A stretch of 64,000 nucleotides of DNA from Nitrospira sp. (GTDB taxonomy: Bacteria > Nitrospirota > Nitrospiria > Nitrospirales > Nitrospiraceae): contig DASVBB010000116.1 in NCBI GenBank assembly GCA_036376045.1, forward strand, positions 1,916 to 65,915, written 5' to 3'. Below are positions 55,592 through 64,000 of the stretch, piece after piece. Position numbers and translations under genes: made by a program. Positions within the stretch are counted from its first letter, which is position 1; every line of letters starts with the position of its first letter. The notes under the pieces are model-generated. The model did not search any database and was not told the origin of the DNA. It was given only the letters and a program-made list of their open reading frames with translations.

Positions 55592-56230
55592 ATGGAGCCA
55601 AGTTTTTGGCACCAGCGATGGGAGAAAAATGAGATTGCGTTCCATGAAAGCAAGGCCAACCCGCTCCTGGTCAAATATTTCCACGAACTGTCGTTGGCCA
55701 AGGGCCGTCGGATCTTCGTCCCATTGTGCGGGAAGACACTCGATATTTCGTGGCTCATGTCCAACGGCTATCGCGTTGCGGGCGCTGAGCTGAGTCAGGT
55801 TGCCATCGAGCAATTATTCATGGATCTTGGAGAGCAACCGGACATTTCACGCGTCGGTGAAATGGATCTGTGGAGCGGAAAACAGCTTGATATCTTCGTC
55901 GGCGATATCTTTGCCTTGTCCCGGAAGATGCTTGGTCCGGTCGACGCGGTCTATGACAGGGCAGCCTTGGTGGCCCTTCCGGAACCCATGCGCCACCGCT
56001 ATGCCGTGCACCTGGCCGAGCTGACGCACAAGGCCCCTCAGCTGCTCATTTGTTATGACTACGACCAGCGCGCGATGGATGGTCCGCCGTTTTCAATTCC
56101 GGACGAGGAAGTACACCGCCACTACGCGGGCAGTTTCGATGTCAGGCGTCTCTCCAGCACAGAGGTATCCGGAGGCTTGAAGGGAAAATGCCCCGCGAAA
56201 GAAAACGTCTGGTTGCTCCGATCGAAGTAG
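55592..56230 (+). CDS. tpm: thiopurine S-methyltransferase
   Basis: FWHQRWEKNEIAFHESKANPLL...RIFVPLCGKTLDISWL is the canonical TPMT N-terminus. Confidence 0.85.
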   Translation: MEPSFWHQRWEKNEIAFHESKANPLLVKYFHELSLAKGRRIFVPLCGKTLDISWLMSNGYRVAGAELSQVAIEQLFMDLGEQPDISRVGEMDLWSGKQLDIFVGDIFALSRKMLGPVDAVYDRAALVALPEPMRHRYAVHLAELTHKAPQLLICYDYDQRAMDGPPFSIPDEEVHRHYAGSFDVRRLSSTEVSGGLKGKCPAKENVWLLRSK

Positions 56231-56246
56231 TGCCATTCCTCCTGCA

Positions 56247-56275
56247 GGGATATCCCCTCAACTAGGGGAATCCCC
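56247..56275. promoter_or_regulatory. two adjacent GC-clamped palindromes upstream of the membrane pair
   Basis: GGGATATCCC (56247-56256, a perfect 10-nt palindrome) and GGGGAATCCCC (56265-56275, an 11-nt palindrome with a central base) are 8 nt apart. They lie 17 nt after the tpm stop and ~77 nt before the next ATG. Confidence 0.3.
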
Positions 56276-56351
56276 AGTTATTGGCGATCTTTCTAGATCA
56301 GAAGATAGGGCTGACGCTCGCGTTCTTCACCATGACATCGAGGAGGGAGTT

Positions 56352-57599
56352 ATGCCTCGGGTTTCCCCTATGATCTACGACAGGCACATCGAAGAGTCGC
56401 CGGAGCCCGAGGATAGAGAGTGGTCAGGCGACGATTCTGCGGGACTGGGTCGCATCAAGCTTGGAATTGCGTGGTCGTGCGTCACAGTGGCCGGCGTTGT
56501 GGCGCTCGGATCCTCGACGATCGCACAATGGCCCCCGACGCTGACGATGTTGGGTCTCGTGGTGCTCCTCGCGGGCTATACCGGGTATGGCTTCTTCCTC
56601 GCAAAGAAGAACACCGTTCAATTTGCGGACTCTCTCTACTATATGGGGTTTCTCTGGGCGCTGTTTGCCCTCATCGCGACGTTTGTGATCTGGCCGGCCC
56701 CCAAGCTCACGACCGACGCCGTGCTGACAACTTTCGGCTATGCGCTGGTGGCGACGTTTTGCGGGATGCTGCTGCGGTTGGTCATTCTCCAATTTCAGGA
56801 CACGCTGCCCGACCGGGTCGTGCATGCCCAAGACACGCTTGACCATCGGATGGCCTCGCTGACCCAACAGATCAACGAAGCTACGATGGAGATGACGGCC
56901 TTCAGGGAGCGTGCAGCCAATGACCTTGGCGGTACCCTCTACGACCTTGTCCAGTCATTGGCGGCTGTGCGCGAAAAAATCGCGGACCAGCATGTCAGGA
57001 TGGCCAAAGCGACGAGTGAAGGCTTTGAATCATCGCTGCGGGAGATTCTTGGCCGGGTCTCGGCTATCCACATTCCCCAGGAGATGCTCACCGCCGAGGT
57101 GGATAAACTTGCCGAGGCAGTAGGGCGGCGGGGGGAACACTTCGAACAGGCGGCGCAGGGGCTGGAACAGCGCTTGAGGCAAGCGGCTGAAACCGTCACG
57201 GCGTTCGGGGATTCCCTGTGCGGGTCGGAAGCCGGACGACAGGTAGCAGCTGCGGTCAATCAGTTGTCGGTCACGATCAAGGAACGAACTGAACAATTTG
57301 CCGAGATGACCAGGGCGTTGGAACAGAGCCGCGTGGAGTTGGATGGTCAACTCCATAATGTGCACTCGCTCGGATCGGCGGTGGCGATGGTCTCAACGCA
57401 ATTGTCGGCGTTCGAAGCCGAGCTGAAGGGTCTCTCGTCCGCGTCGATGTCCACTGAGCTCAAAGACGGGCTCATGAATGTGCAGAAGGCCATTCGCTCC
57501 AGTCTCGATGCGAGCAAGGCGATCGAGTCCACGATGAGGGACGTGCTGTTTTTCATGAGGGAGAGGGTCACAGAGGAGCGCTCCAGTGGGAGAAACTGA
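56352..57599 (+). CDS. 4-TM membrane protein with ~250-aa C-terminal coiled-coil tail (MotA/ExbB/ZorA-like?)
   Basis: ATG preceded by AGGAGGGAG. Four TM helices within residues ~34-150, the last two reading ADSLYYMGFLWALFALIATFVIW and AVLTTFGYALVATFCGMLLRLVILQF. The rest is an Ala/Glu/Gln/Leu-rich helical region to the end. The family assignment is inference. Confidence 0.7.
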   Translation: MPRVSPMIYDRHIEESPEPEDREWSGDDSAGLGRIKLGIAWSCVTVAGVVALGSSTIAQWPPTLTMLGLVVLLAGYTGYGFFLAKKNTVQFADSLYYMGFLWALFALIATFVIWPAPKLTTDAVLTTFGYALVATFCGMLLRLVILQFQDTLPDRVVHAQDTLDHRMASLTQQINEATMEMTAFRERAANDLGGTLYDLVQSLAAVREKIADQHVRMAKATSEGFESSLREILGRVSAIHIPQEMLTAEVDKLAEAVGRRGEHFEQAAQGLEQRLRQAAETVTAFGDSLCGSEAGRQVAAAVNQLSVTIKERTEQFAEMTRALEQSRVELDGQLHNVHSLGSAVAMVSTQLSAFEAELKGLSSASMSTELKDGLMNVQKAIRSSLDASKAIESTMRDVLFFMRERVTEERSSGRN

Positions 57600-58212
57600 A
57601 TCGCGTTCCGATTGGGTGTTCGGCTTGTCGCTTGTTCAAGTGACGCTCCTCCTGTGCTTCGCCGCCATGTTGGTCTATGTGACGGAGCAGGGGGAGGTCA
57701 GCGGACAAGAACCGCGGCAGGGCGCCGGGGACGCAAAGACCCAAGACGGGAGCCTTCGGGCAAGCCTTGATGCGGCCACGGCGAGGAACACCGAGCTCGA
57801 GAAACAGCTTGGCGAGATGGCGCTGCTGGTCGACGACGTGAAACTCATGGTCGGCGCCAAGGCGCCCTCGAAAGAGGGTTTCCAGGACGCCGTCGAGACC
57901 TTAAAGCGGGGCTATGCGCTGTGTCAGAAGGATGACAACACGTTGATCGAAGCCAGGGTTCAAAATGGCGCCGAAACTGTGAATGTCATCGGGGAGATTC
58001 CCTCTGATCTGGCGGTCACGTTGGCGAAGGGGGACTCCACGTCAGATCTCGAACAAATCGTCTCGTTCATTCAAGACGTGTACGAGTACGAAAAAGAACA
58101 CAAGTGTCGATTCAATTACCGCCTGAGGTACGCCACGGACAACGACTATAGAAAAGGCAGAGACGGATACGAGAAGTATTTCTATCCGGAAAAACTTCTG
58201 CGAATCGGATGA
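57586..58212 (+). CDS. single-TM protein translationally coupled to the upstream gene (MotB/ZorB-like N-terminus?)
   Basis: GTG 57586, preceded by GAGGAG and overlapping the upstream stop by 14 nt. N-terminus ...SRSDWVFGLSLVQVTLLLCFAAMLVYV (an acidic residue at the TM entry), a short coiled coil, then a ~110-aa globular part with no OmpA-like motif. Confidence 0.65.
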   Translation: MGETESRSDWVFGLSLVQVTLLLCFAAMLVYVTEQGEVSGQEPRQGAGDAKTQDGSLRASLDAATARNTELEKQLGEMALLVDDVKLMVGAKAPSKEGFQDAVETLKRGYALCQKDDNTLIEARVQNGAETVNVIGEIPSDLAVTLAKGDSTSDLEQIVSFIQDVYEYEKEHKCRFNYRLRYATDNDYRKGRDGYEKYFYPEKLLRIG

Positions 58213-58291
58213 GTCAGTCGGCCGTCTTGTCGCCTGTACCGCCCGCGCGCCCCCCGACCGCCCCCTTCTTGACCCGTATCGACGGATCCTC

Positions 58292-58576
58292 CTAGGCCGG
58301 TAACGACACCTCTAATGTCTCTGCAGCGATCTGCGCTGATGGCGCATCGGATTCGAGGCGGCTCACCCTCTTTCTCCCAGGGATTCCACGGGCTTCAAGG
58401 TACAGAGGGACCGGACTCTCAGGCAGTGTCAGCGGACGACGAAGCATCCACTTGCCTTCCGGGGGTGCGGCATAAGTGGAGAGCGGAAGCAGTTCACCTG
58501 TGTCCGCATTCAGCAGCATCGGTGTCGTAGATTTTTTCCATCGCCGAAAGTTCCGGAGTCTTCGCCAGAGTGCCAT
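58292..58576 (-). CDS. hypothetical protein (doubtful)
   Basis: ORF MALWRRLRNFRRWKKSTTPMLLNADTGELLPLSTYAAPPEGKWML... has acceptable composition but no motif and no clear RBS. It lies ~300 nt downstream of the efflux operon. Confidence 0.25.
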   Translation of the reverse strand: MALWRRLRNFRRWKKSTTPMLLNADTGELLPLSTYAAPPEGKWMLRRPLTLPESPVPLYLEARGIPGRKRVSRLESDAPSAQIAAETLEVSLPA

Positions 58577-58873
58577 GGCTCTTTCCCCCAACGCCCGGAG
58601 TGGTTGATCGTGCTGTCGCTACGAGAGGCGGGTCTGCCGGTCGCGCTCGCCTCGGTAACTACATAAGAGCAACTACGGTACCATCGCAGGCGGGAAAGAC
58701 GGCGTCAGCGAAACGGGACTATACGACAGACGATTGACGATGCCTTCATGTGTGAGCTTGCTTCGCAATGCTCTCGACGCTGTAGGTCCGGTCCATCAGG
58801 GAGTGAACAGCTTTGGACACTCGCACCGTTCGCGAGGCTCACAGGAGACCATCGCCGACGCTCGATGGGGCGC

Positions 58874-60319
58874 TTAGGGAGGAGTTTGGGAGACCTTCGG
58901 CTTCTCCGCGGTCTCCACGGCCGAGGCAGGCAGCCACCCGCCGCCCAGGGCTTTATAGAGCTGGACGACCGAGACGAGGTGCAGGCGGCGGGTGGAGGCC
59001 AGTGAGAGCTCGGCGTCAAAGAGGTTCCGCTGGGCAATGAGGACGTCCAAGTAATTGGCAATGCCGCCGGTATAGCGCAGATTCGCCAGACGCAGTGCCG
59101 TCTGCAGCGCCTTGACCTGTCTTTCCTGGGCCGCCGTCTGTTCGACAGCGGTCGTCACCGCCACCAACGCATCTTCTACTTCCCTGAAGGCGACGAGGAT
59201 CGTCTGCTCGTATTGCGCGAAGGCCTGGCCCGTTTGGGCCTCCGACGCCTCCTGTTGAAAACCCAACACCTGCGCATTGAAGAGCGGACCGGCCACGCTG
59301 GCCCCTGCCACCCCGAAAAAGGTTTCGTTGGCCACCAGATGGTTCAACTGGGGACTGGCAATACCCAGAATGCCGGTGATGCTGAGCTTGGGAAATCGGT
59401 CGGCCTTGGACTGCCCGATCCTGGCCGTCGCCGCTGCCAACTGCAGTTCCGCCTGGACGACGTCTGGACGGCGCTGCAGCAAATCCGAGGGAAGGCCAGC
59501 CGGCACAAGCGGCGGCATCACTTGCTCGGTGAGCGCCCGTCCCCTTGTGATTCGAGTGGGATTCCTCCCAAGCAAGACGCTGATCTCGTTTTCCTTCTGC
59601 ACCATCTGTCGCTTCAATTCGGCGATGCGAGCGGACGCGTTCGCCTGCTCGGCTTCGAACTGTTCGACATCCAGTTGGTTGATGTAGCCCACGCGGAATC
59701 GCGCTCTGGCAAGCTTCACCGACTCATCCCAGGCCTTCAAGGTGCGCGTGGCGATTTCGAGTTGAAGATCGAACTGCCGAAGCTCGAAATAGGCTTGGGC
59801 CACACCGGCCACGATTTGGAGAATGACCGCTCTTCGGTTCTCTTCCCGCGCGAACAAATCCCCGAGCGCCGCCTCATTGGAGCGGCGAATGCGTCCCCAG
59901 ATATCGAGTTCCCAAGCGAGATTGCCCTGAATATAGTAGTTGAACGGGTTGGGGAATCCGGGGAAGGCGACATTTCTCGTGTTGCCGAAACCCGGCGCGT
60001 TGACCGTTGCATTCATCTGCGGAGCAAAATCGGTTTTGGCGACGAGCACACGGGCCGCGAACTCGTCGACGGTCGCGACCGCGCGTTTGAGATCCTTGTT
60101 TTGCTCCAGTGCCACGCGGATCAGCCGTTGGAGCTCCTCATCACGATAGAGCTCCCACCAGGGCACATTGGCCAGGGACTCCATGTCCTTTTGCGCTTCG
60201 GCCATGCGGAATGAGTCGGAGACGGGAATGTCCGGGCGGGCATAGTCGGGCCCGAATTTGCAGGAGGCCAGCAGCGACAGCATCCCGATCAACAGCAAGT
60301 GATGAATAATGAACGACAT
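58874..60319 (-). CDS. RND efflux outer-membrane factor lipoprotein (NodT family)
   Basis: Start ATG 60319, preceded by GGAGGTGA. Lipobox LSLLASC followed by KFGPDYARPDIP. Two TolC-like repeats. Confidence 0.88.
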   Translation of the reverse strand: MSFIIHHLLLIGMLSLLASCKFGPDYARPDIPVSDSFRMAEAQKDMESLANVPWWELYRDEELQRLIRVALEQNKDLKRAVATVDEFAARVLVAKTDFAPQMNATVNAPGFGNTRNVAFPGFPNPFNYYIQGNLAWELDIWGRIRRSNEAALGDLFAREENRRAVILQIVAGVAQAYFELRQFDLQLEIATRTLKAWDESVKLARARFRVGYINQLDVEQFEAEQANASARIAELKRQMVQKENEISVLLGRNPTRITRGRALTEQVMPPLVPAGLPSDLLQRRPDVVQAELQLAAATARIGQSKADRFPKLSITGILGIASPQLNHLVANETFFGVAGASVAGPLFNAQVLGFQQEASEAQTGQAFAQYEQTILVAFREVEDALVAVTTAVEQTAAQERQVKALQTALRLANLRYTGGIANYLDVLIAQRNLFDAELSLASTRRLHLVSVVQLYKALGGGWLPASAVETAEKPKVSQTPP

Positions 60320-60356
60320 ATTCCTCACCTCCCGGTTCGCCCAGGGGAACAATCGC

Positions 60357-63300
60357 TCAGACGGTCTTCTCTGCGACAGGCCTCTGGGCGGGCACTGCCG
60401 GCGCCTCGATCGCGGCCCGTCCGGTGGCCCGCTGTTTCATTTTTCCGATCAGCACAAAGAACAGGGGCACGAAAAAGATGGCGAGGAAGGTCGCCGCCAG
60501 CATGCCGCCCAGCACCCCGGTGCCAATCGATCGGCGACTGGCGGCACCGGCACCGGTGGCGATCACCAGCGGCAGGACGCCGAGGATGAAGGCCATCGAG
60601 GTCATGATAATGGGACGAAAGCGCAACCTGGCAGCGTCGATCGCCGATGCGATCAACGGGCGGCCAGCGTGGTATTCCTGGTTGGCAAATTCGACAATGA
60701 GGATGGCATTCTTGGCAGAGAGTCCGATCAGCGTAACCAACCCGATCTGGAAGTAGATGTCGTTGTTCATGCTGCGCAGCCACACGGCCGACAAGGCGCC
60801 AAAGACGCCGAAGGGCACCGCCAGGATCACCGCAAAGGGTACTGTCCAACTTTCGTACTGCGCCGCAAGAACCAGAAACACCATCAGGAGACCGAACGCA
60901 AATGCGAGGACCGATTGCGTGCCAGCCTTGCGCTCCTGGAAGGAAATCCCGCTCCAGTCGATTCGATACCCTTGCGGCACCAATACCTCCTCAGCCACCC
61001 GCTGAAGCGCGTCCAGGGTTTGTCCGGAACTTGCGCCAGGACTCGAGGCACCGAGGACCAGGGCCGTATTGAATCCATTGAAGTGTGTGACCGGGTCGGG
61101 ACCGCTCGTCGATTCGGTGCTCACCACCGTGTCGAGCGGAATCATGGCATGGCCTTGGCCCTGCCCGTTCACCGCCCGGACATAAATTTTGGAAATGTCC
61201 TGCGGAGCCGAGCGATATTGGGCTTCCGCTTCGGTTTGCACCCGATAGACCCGGCCAAATTTCACGAAGTCATTAATATAGAAATTGCCGAAGTAGGCCT
61301 GCATCGTATCGAAGACTTCCGAGATCGGGACCCCGAGGGCTTTGGCACGATCGCGGTTGATCGTGGCGTACAGTCGAGGTGCGGTCACCCGAAAGCTGGT
61401 GCTGATGCCGCCGATCGCCGGGTCCTGCTTGGCCTTCGCTACGAACTCCTTGGTCACGGCGGCAAATTTCTTGAAATCCCCGCCACTGGGATCCTGGATC
61501 TGAACGGAGAACCCGCCTGTCGCACCAAGTCCGCGGATCGACGGAGGGTTGAAGGCCAACACGACGGCGTCGCGGTATTTCCCAAATTCCTTAAAAGCCC
61601 CCGCGATCAGCGCCTTCGCCTGCTGCTGCGGCTCCTTCCGTTCATCCCAGGGTTTGAGCGGGACGAAGGTCGTCGCCATGTAGGTCCCGCGGGTATTGAA
61701 GACGAAATTCTGACCGACCAGGGCATTCGTGCCGTAGACGGCCGGATTCGAGGTAAAAAATTCTTCTACTCGATCCATCACGGCCAGCGTCCGTTTTTTC
61801 GAGGCGCCGTCGGGCAGTTGAGCGACCGCGATGATGTAGCCTTGATCTTCGTCGGGCAGAAAGCCCGACGGGGTGCCACGGAACAACCCGAGCGCCATGA
61901 ACACCACAATGGCGAATAGGGCAAGCGAGACAACCGCGCGTGCGATGGTGTGACCAACGGCGCCCGCATAGCGCGTTTGGGCCCACCCGAAGAATCGATT
62001 GAAGTACGCGAATACTCCTTTTCGTTCCGCATGACGCGGTTTGAGAATCAACGCGCACAGCGCCGGGCTCAGCGTCAACGCCACGAAGCCGGAGATCATA
62101 ACTGAGATCGCGATGGTGATCGCAAATTGCTTGTAGAGCTGGCCGGTAATGCCGCCTAAGAAGCCCACCGGCACAAAGACCGCGCACAGCACCAGCACGA
62201 TGGCAATGACCGGGCCGGTCACTTCGTCCATCGCCTTTTTGGCGGCTTCCTTGGGGGAGAGCCCATCTTCGATGTGACGCTCGACGTTCTCGACCACGAC
62301 GATGGCGTCGTCCACCACGATGCCGATCGCCAGGATCATGCCGAACAGCGTGAGCGTATTGATGGAGAATCCCAGCGCGGACATCCCGGCAAATGTCCCG
62401 ATGAGCGAGACGGGCACCGCCACCGCCGGGATCAGCGTCGCACGCCAGCTCTGCAGGAAGAGGTAGACGACGAGGATGACCAGGATCATGGCATCGCGCA
62501 GCGTCTTGACCACTTCTTCGATCGACACTTCGATGAATCTCGTCGTGTCATACGGCACGTCGTACGAGACGCCGGGCGGAAAGGTCTTGGCGAGCTCATT
62601 CATCCGCTGGCGGATTTGTTTAATCGTGTCGAGCGCGTTGAATCCCGGCGCCAGAAACGTCACGAGCAGGGCCGTGGGCTTTCCCCGATAGCGTCCTTCC
62701 AGATCGTACGATTGCGCGCCGAGTTCAATCCTGGCCACATCTTTCAAGCGGATCATGGAGCCGTTGGGCAAGGCCCGGACGACCATTTCCTCGAAGTCTT
62801 TCACTTCCGTCAGGCGTCCGCGCGTGATGATCGGAATGGTGAGCTCATTCGCCTGCGGTGTGGGCTCCCGCCCGATCAACCCGGCGGGAAAATCCCGGTT
62901 CTGCTCCCGGACGACAGCGACGATGTCACTGGGGGTGAGGCTGAGCTGCGCCATGCGCACGGAGTCCAGGACCACTCGCATACTGTAGTTCTGTTGTCCG
63001 AAGATGTACGCGTCTCCGACACCAGGAATTCGCCTGATGTCGTCGACGAGACGGACCGTCGCATAGTTGGCGAGAAAAAATGCATCGTACTTGGGATCGG
63101 TCGACTGCAAAATCAGGACACCCAATAGATCGGTCGAGAGCTTCTTGACCGTCACTCCTTGACGAATGACTTCCGGAGGCAGTTGGGGCTCTGCGAGTTT
63201 TTCCCGGTTCTGGGCCTGGACTTGCGCAATGTCGATGTTGGTGTTGATCTCGAACGTCAATCGGAGCGTCATGTGCCCGTCGTTGGTACTGGTCGAGTCG

Positions 63301-63536
63301 TAGTAGAGCAGGTTGTCGATGCCGGGAATCTGTAGTTCGATCACGCGGGCCACCGAATCCGCCACGGTCTCAGCGCTGGCACCGGGGTAATCGGCGTCGA
63401 TTTGGACGACAGGAGGAGTGATTTGGGGGAACTGCGCGATGGGCAACGTCACCATCGCCACGAGGCCGATGACGACGATCACGATCGAGAGGACTGAGGC
63501 AAAGATCGGCCGATCGATGAAAAACCGTGGGCTCAT
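60357..63536 (-). CDS. RND efflux permease (HAE1, AcrB/MexB-like)
   Basis: 1059 aa. MSPRFFIDRPIFASVLSIVIVVIG N-terminus and a 12-TM architecture with two large periplasmic loops. Confidence 0.93.
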   Translation of the reverse strand: MSPRFFIDRPIFASVLSIVIVVIGLVAMVTLPIAQFPQITPPVVQIDADYPGASAETVADSVARVIELQIPGIDNLLYYDSTSTNDGHMTLRLTFEINTNIDIAQVQAQNREKLAEPQLPPEVIRQGVTVKKLSTDLLGVLILQSTDPKYDAFFLANYATVRLVDDIRRIPGVGDAYIFGQQNYSMRVVLDSVRMAQLSLTPSDIVAVVREQNRDFPAGLIGREPTPQANELTIPIITRGRLTEVKDFEEMVVRALPNGSMIRLKDVARIELGAQSYDLEGRYRGKPTALLVTFLAPGFNALDTIKQIRQRMNELAKTFPPGVSYDVPYDTTRFIEVSIEEVVKTLRDAMILVILVVYLFLQSWRATLIPAVAVPVSLIGTFAGMSALGFSINTLTLFGMILAIGIVVDDAIVVVENVERHIEDGLSPKEAAKKAMDEVTGPVIAIVLVLCAVFVPVGFLGGITGQLYKQFAITIAISVMISGFVALTLSPALCALILKPRHAERKGVFAYFNRFFGWAQTRYAGAVGHTIARAVVSLALFAIVVFMALGLFRGTPSGFLPDEDQGYIIAVAQLPDGASKKRTLAVMDRVEEFFTSNPAVYGTNALVGQNFVFNTRGTYMATTFVPLKPWDERKEPQQQAKALIAGAFKEFGKYRDAVVLAFNPPSIRGLGATGGFSVQIQDPSGGDFKKFAAVTKEFVAKAKQDPAIGGISTSFRVTAPRLYATINRDRAKALGVPISEVFDTMQAYFGNFYINDFVKFGRVYRVQTEAEAQYRSAPQDISKIYVRAVNGQGQGHAMIPLDTVVSTESTSGPDPVTHFNGFNTALVLGASSPGASSGQTLDALQRVAEEVLVPQGYRIDWSGISFQERKAGTQSVLAFAFGLLMVFLVLAAQYESWTVPFAVILAVPFGVFGALSAVWLRSMNNDIYFQIGLVTLIGLSAKNAILIVEFANQEYHAGRPLIASAIDAARLRFRPIIMTSMAFILGVLPLVIATGAGAASRRSIGTGVLGGMLAATFLAIFFVPLFFVLIGKMKQRATGRAAIEAPAVPAQRPVAEKTV

Positions 63537-64000
63537 TTGGACGCTTCGGTCTTCTTCGGCTCCGGGGCCTGACTTCCTGAGGGTTCGACGTCGGCCGGTA
63601 CCGGCTTCACGGTGGAATCCGGAATAATGCGCTGTAGGCTATCGACGACCACCTGTTCCCCGGACGCCAGACCTTCTTCGACCAGCCATTGGTTCCCTCT
63701 CCAGACGCTCGCCTTGACGTCCCGGATCTCGACCTTGTTGTCGGCACTGACGACATACACCATCGCGCCTTTCGGCCCTTGCAGTACGGCTCGTTGTGGA
63801 ATCAGCATCACGCTGCTCCTTGAGACCCCATGAAAGCGCACGGTCACGAACTGACCGGGAATGAGGATGCCGTCCTTATTGGGGAACGTGACACGTGCCG
63901 GCCTTTCCCCGGTGTCGCTGCGGAGTCCCACATCGATCAGATCAAGAGTCCCATCATTTGGATAGCTCTTGCCATTGAGAAAAATGAGCGTGCCCGTCAG
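63533..64000 (-). CDS. RND efflux periplasmic adaptor (MFP), C-terminal part (gene continues past window end)
   Basis: The reading frame is open to the window edge. GILIPGQFVTVRF...MLIPQRAVLQGPKGAMVYVV...VEIRDVK...WLVEEGLASGEQVVV is the beta-barrel/MP-proximal region of AcrA-type adaptors. 4-nt overlap with the permease start. Confidence 0.85.
   Translation of the reverse strand: MTGTLIFLNGKSYPNDGTLDLIDVGLRSDTGERPARVTFPNKDGILIPGQFVTVRFHGVSRSSVMLIPQRAVLQGPKGAMVYVVSADNKVEIRDVKASVWRGNQWLVEEGLASGEQVVVDSLQRIIPDSTVKPVPADVEPSGSQAPEPKKTEASK

Noticed and set aside
56352-58212. Calling the membrane pair a Zorya (ZorAB) defence system
   Set aside because: No ZorC/ZorD/ZorE-like gene, nuclease, helicase or any other defence gene is adjacent, and the second protein lacks an OmpA-like peptidoglycan-binding domain. 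Only the architectural resemblance is reported.
59213-61919. 333-aa and 536-aa + strand ORFs
   Set aside because: Antisense to the NodT outer-membrane factor and the RND permease. Arg/Gly/His-rich, with no motifs.

Overview
This is a high-GC (roughly 58-60% by eye) bacterial chromosomal segment. The protein sequences and neighbourhoods (NfeD-stomatin, gnd-zwf, HD-GYP, many small lipoproteins) look Nitrospira/Nitrospirota-like, but that assignment is inference only.

I call about 70 densely packed protein-coding genes on both strands:
- Housekeeping and enzymes: partial serS, a radical-SAM protein, rhodanese, Skp, SGNH hydrolase, thioredoxin, gnd-zwf, threonine aldolase, persulfide dioxygenase, several SAM methyltransferases, and VOC and MBL-fold enzymes.
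- Signalling: an HD-GYP phosphodiesterase with a HEAT-repeat partner.
- Transporters: TLC/MFS-like, NhaP-type, Kef-type, SulP, Tet-like MFS, and a tripartite RND efflux pump.
- DNA alkylation repair: an Ada/AlkA fusion plus Ogt.

I recognised no rRNA, tRNA, CRISPR array, transposase, integrase or phage structural gene. The window therefore reads as core-like chromosome with small accessory patches, not a mobile island.

Most interesting, in descending order:
1. A translationally coupled membrane pair at 56352-58212. A 4-TM protein with a ~250-aa coiled-coil tail is followed by a single-TM protein. It resembles a MotAB/ZorAB-type stator but has no recognisable partner genes.
2. A four-gene run of exported proteins at 32010-34136, including two tandem paralogous lipoproteins and a protein ending in 13 (GGTLP) pentapeptide repeats.
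3. A ProA-like gene whose catalytic Cys position reads Thr.
4. A second secreted tandem-repeat protein at 21799-22260.
5. A ModA-like binding protein coupled to a CxxCH DUF3365-like protein, with no modBC.
6. Signs of local gene decay: a possible enhancer-binding-protein remnant, a truncated GYD gene and a long AT-richer non-coding gap.

All family assignments come from motif reading and memory. No database search was run.
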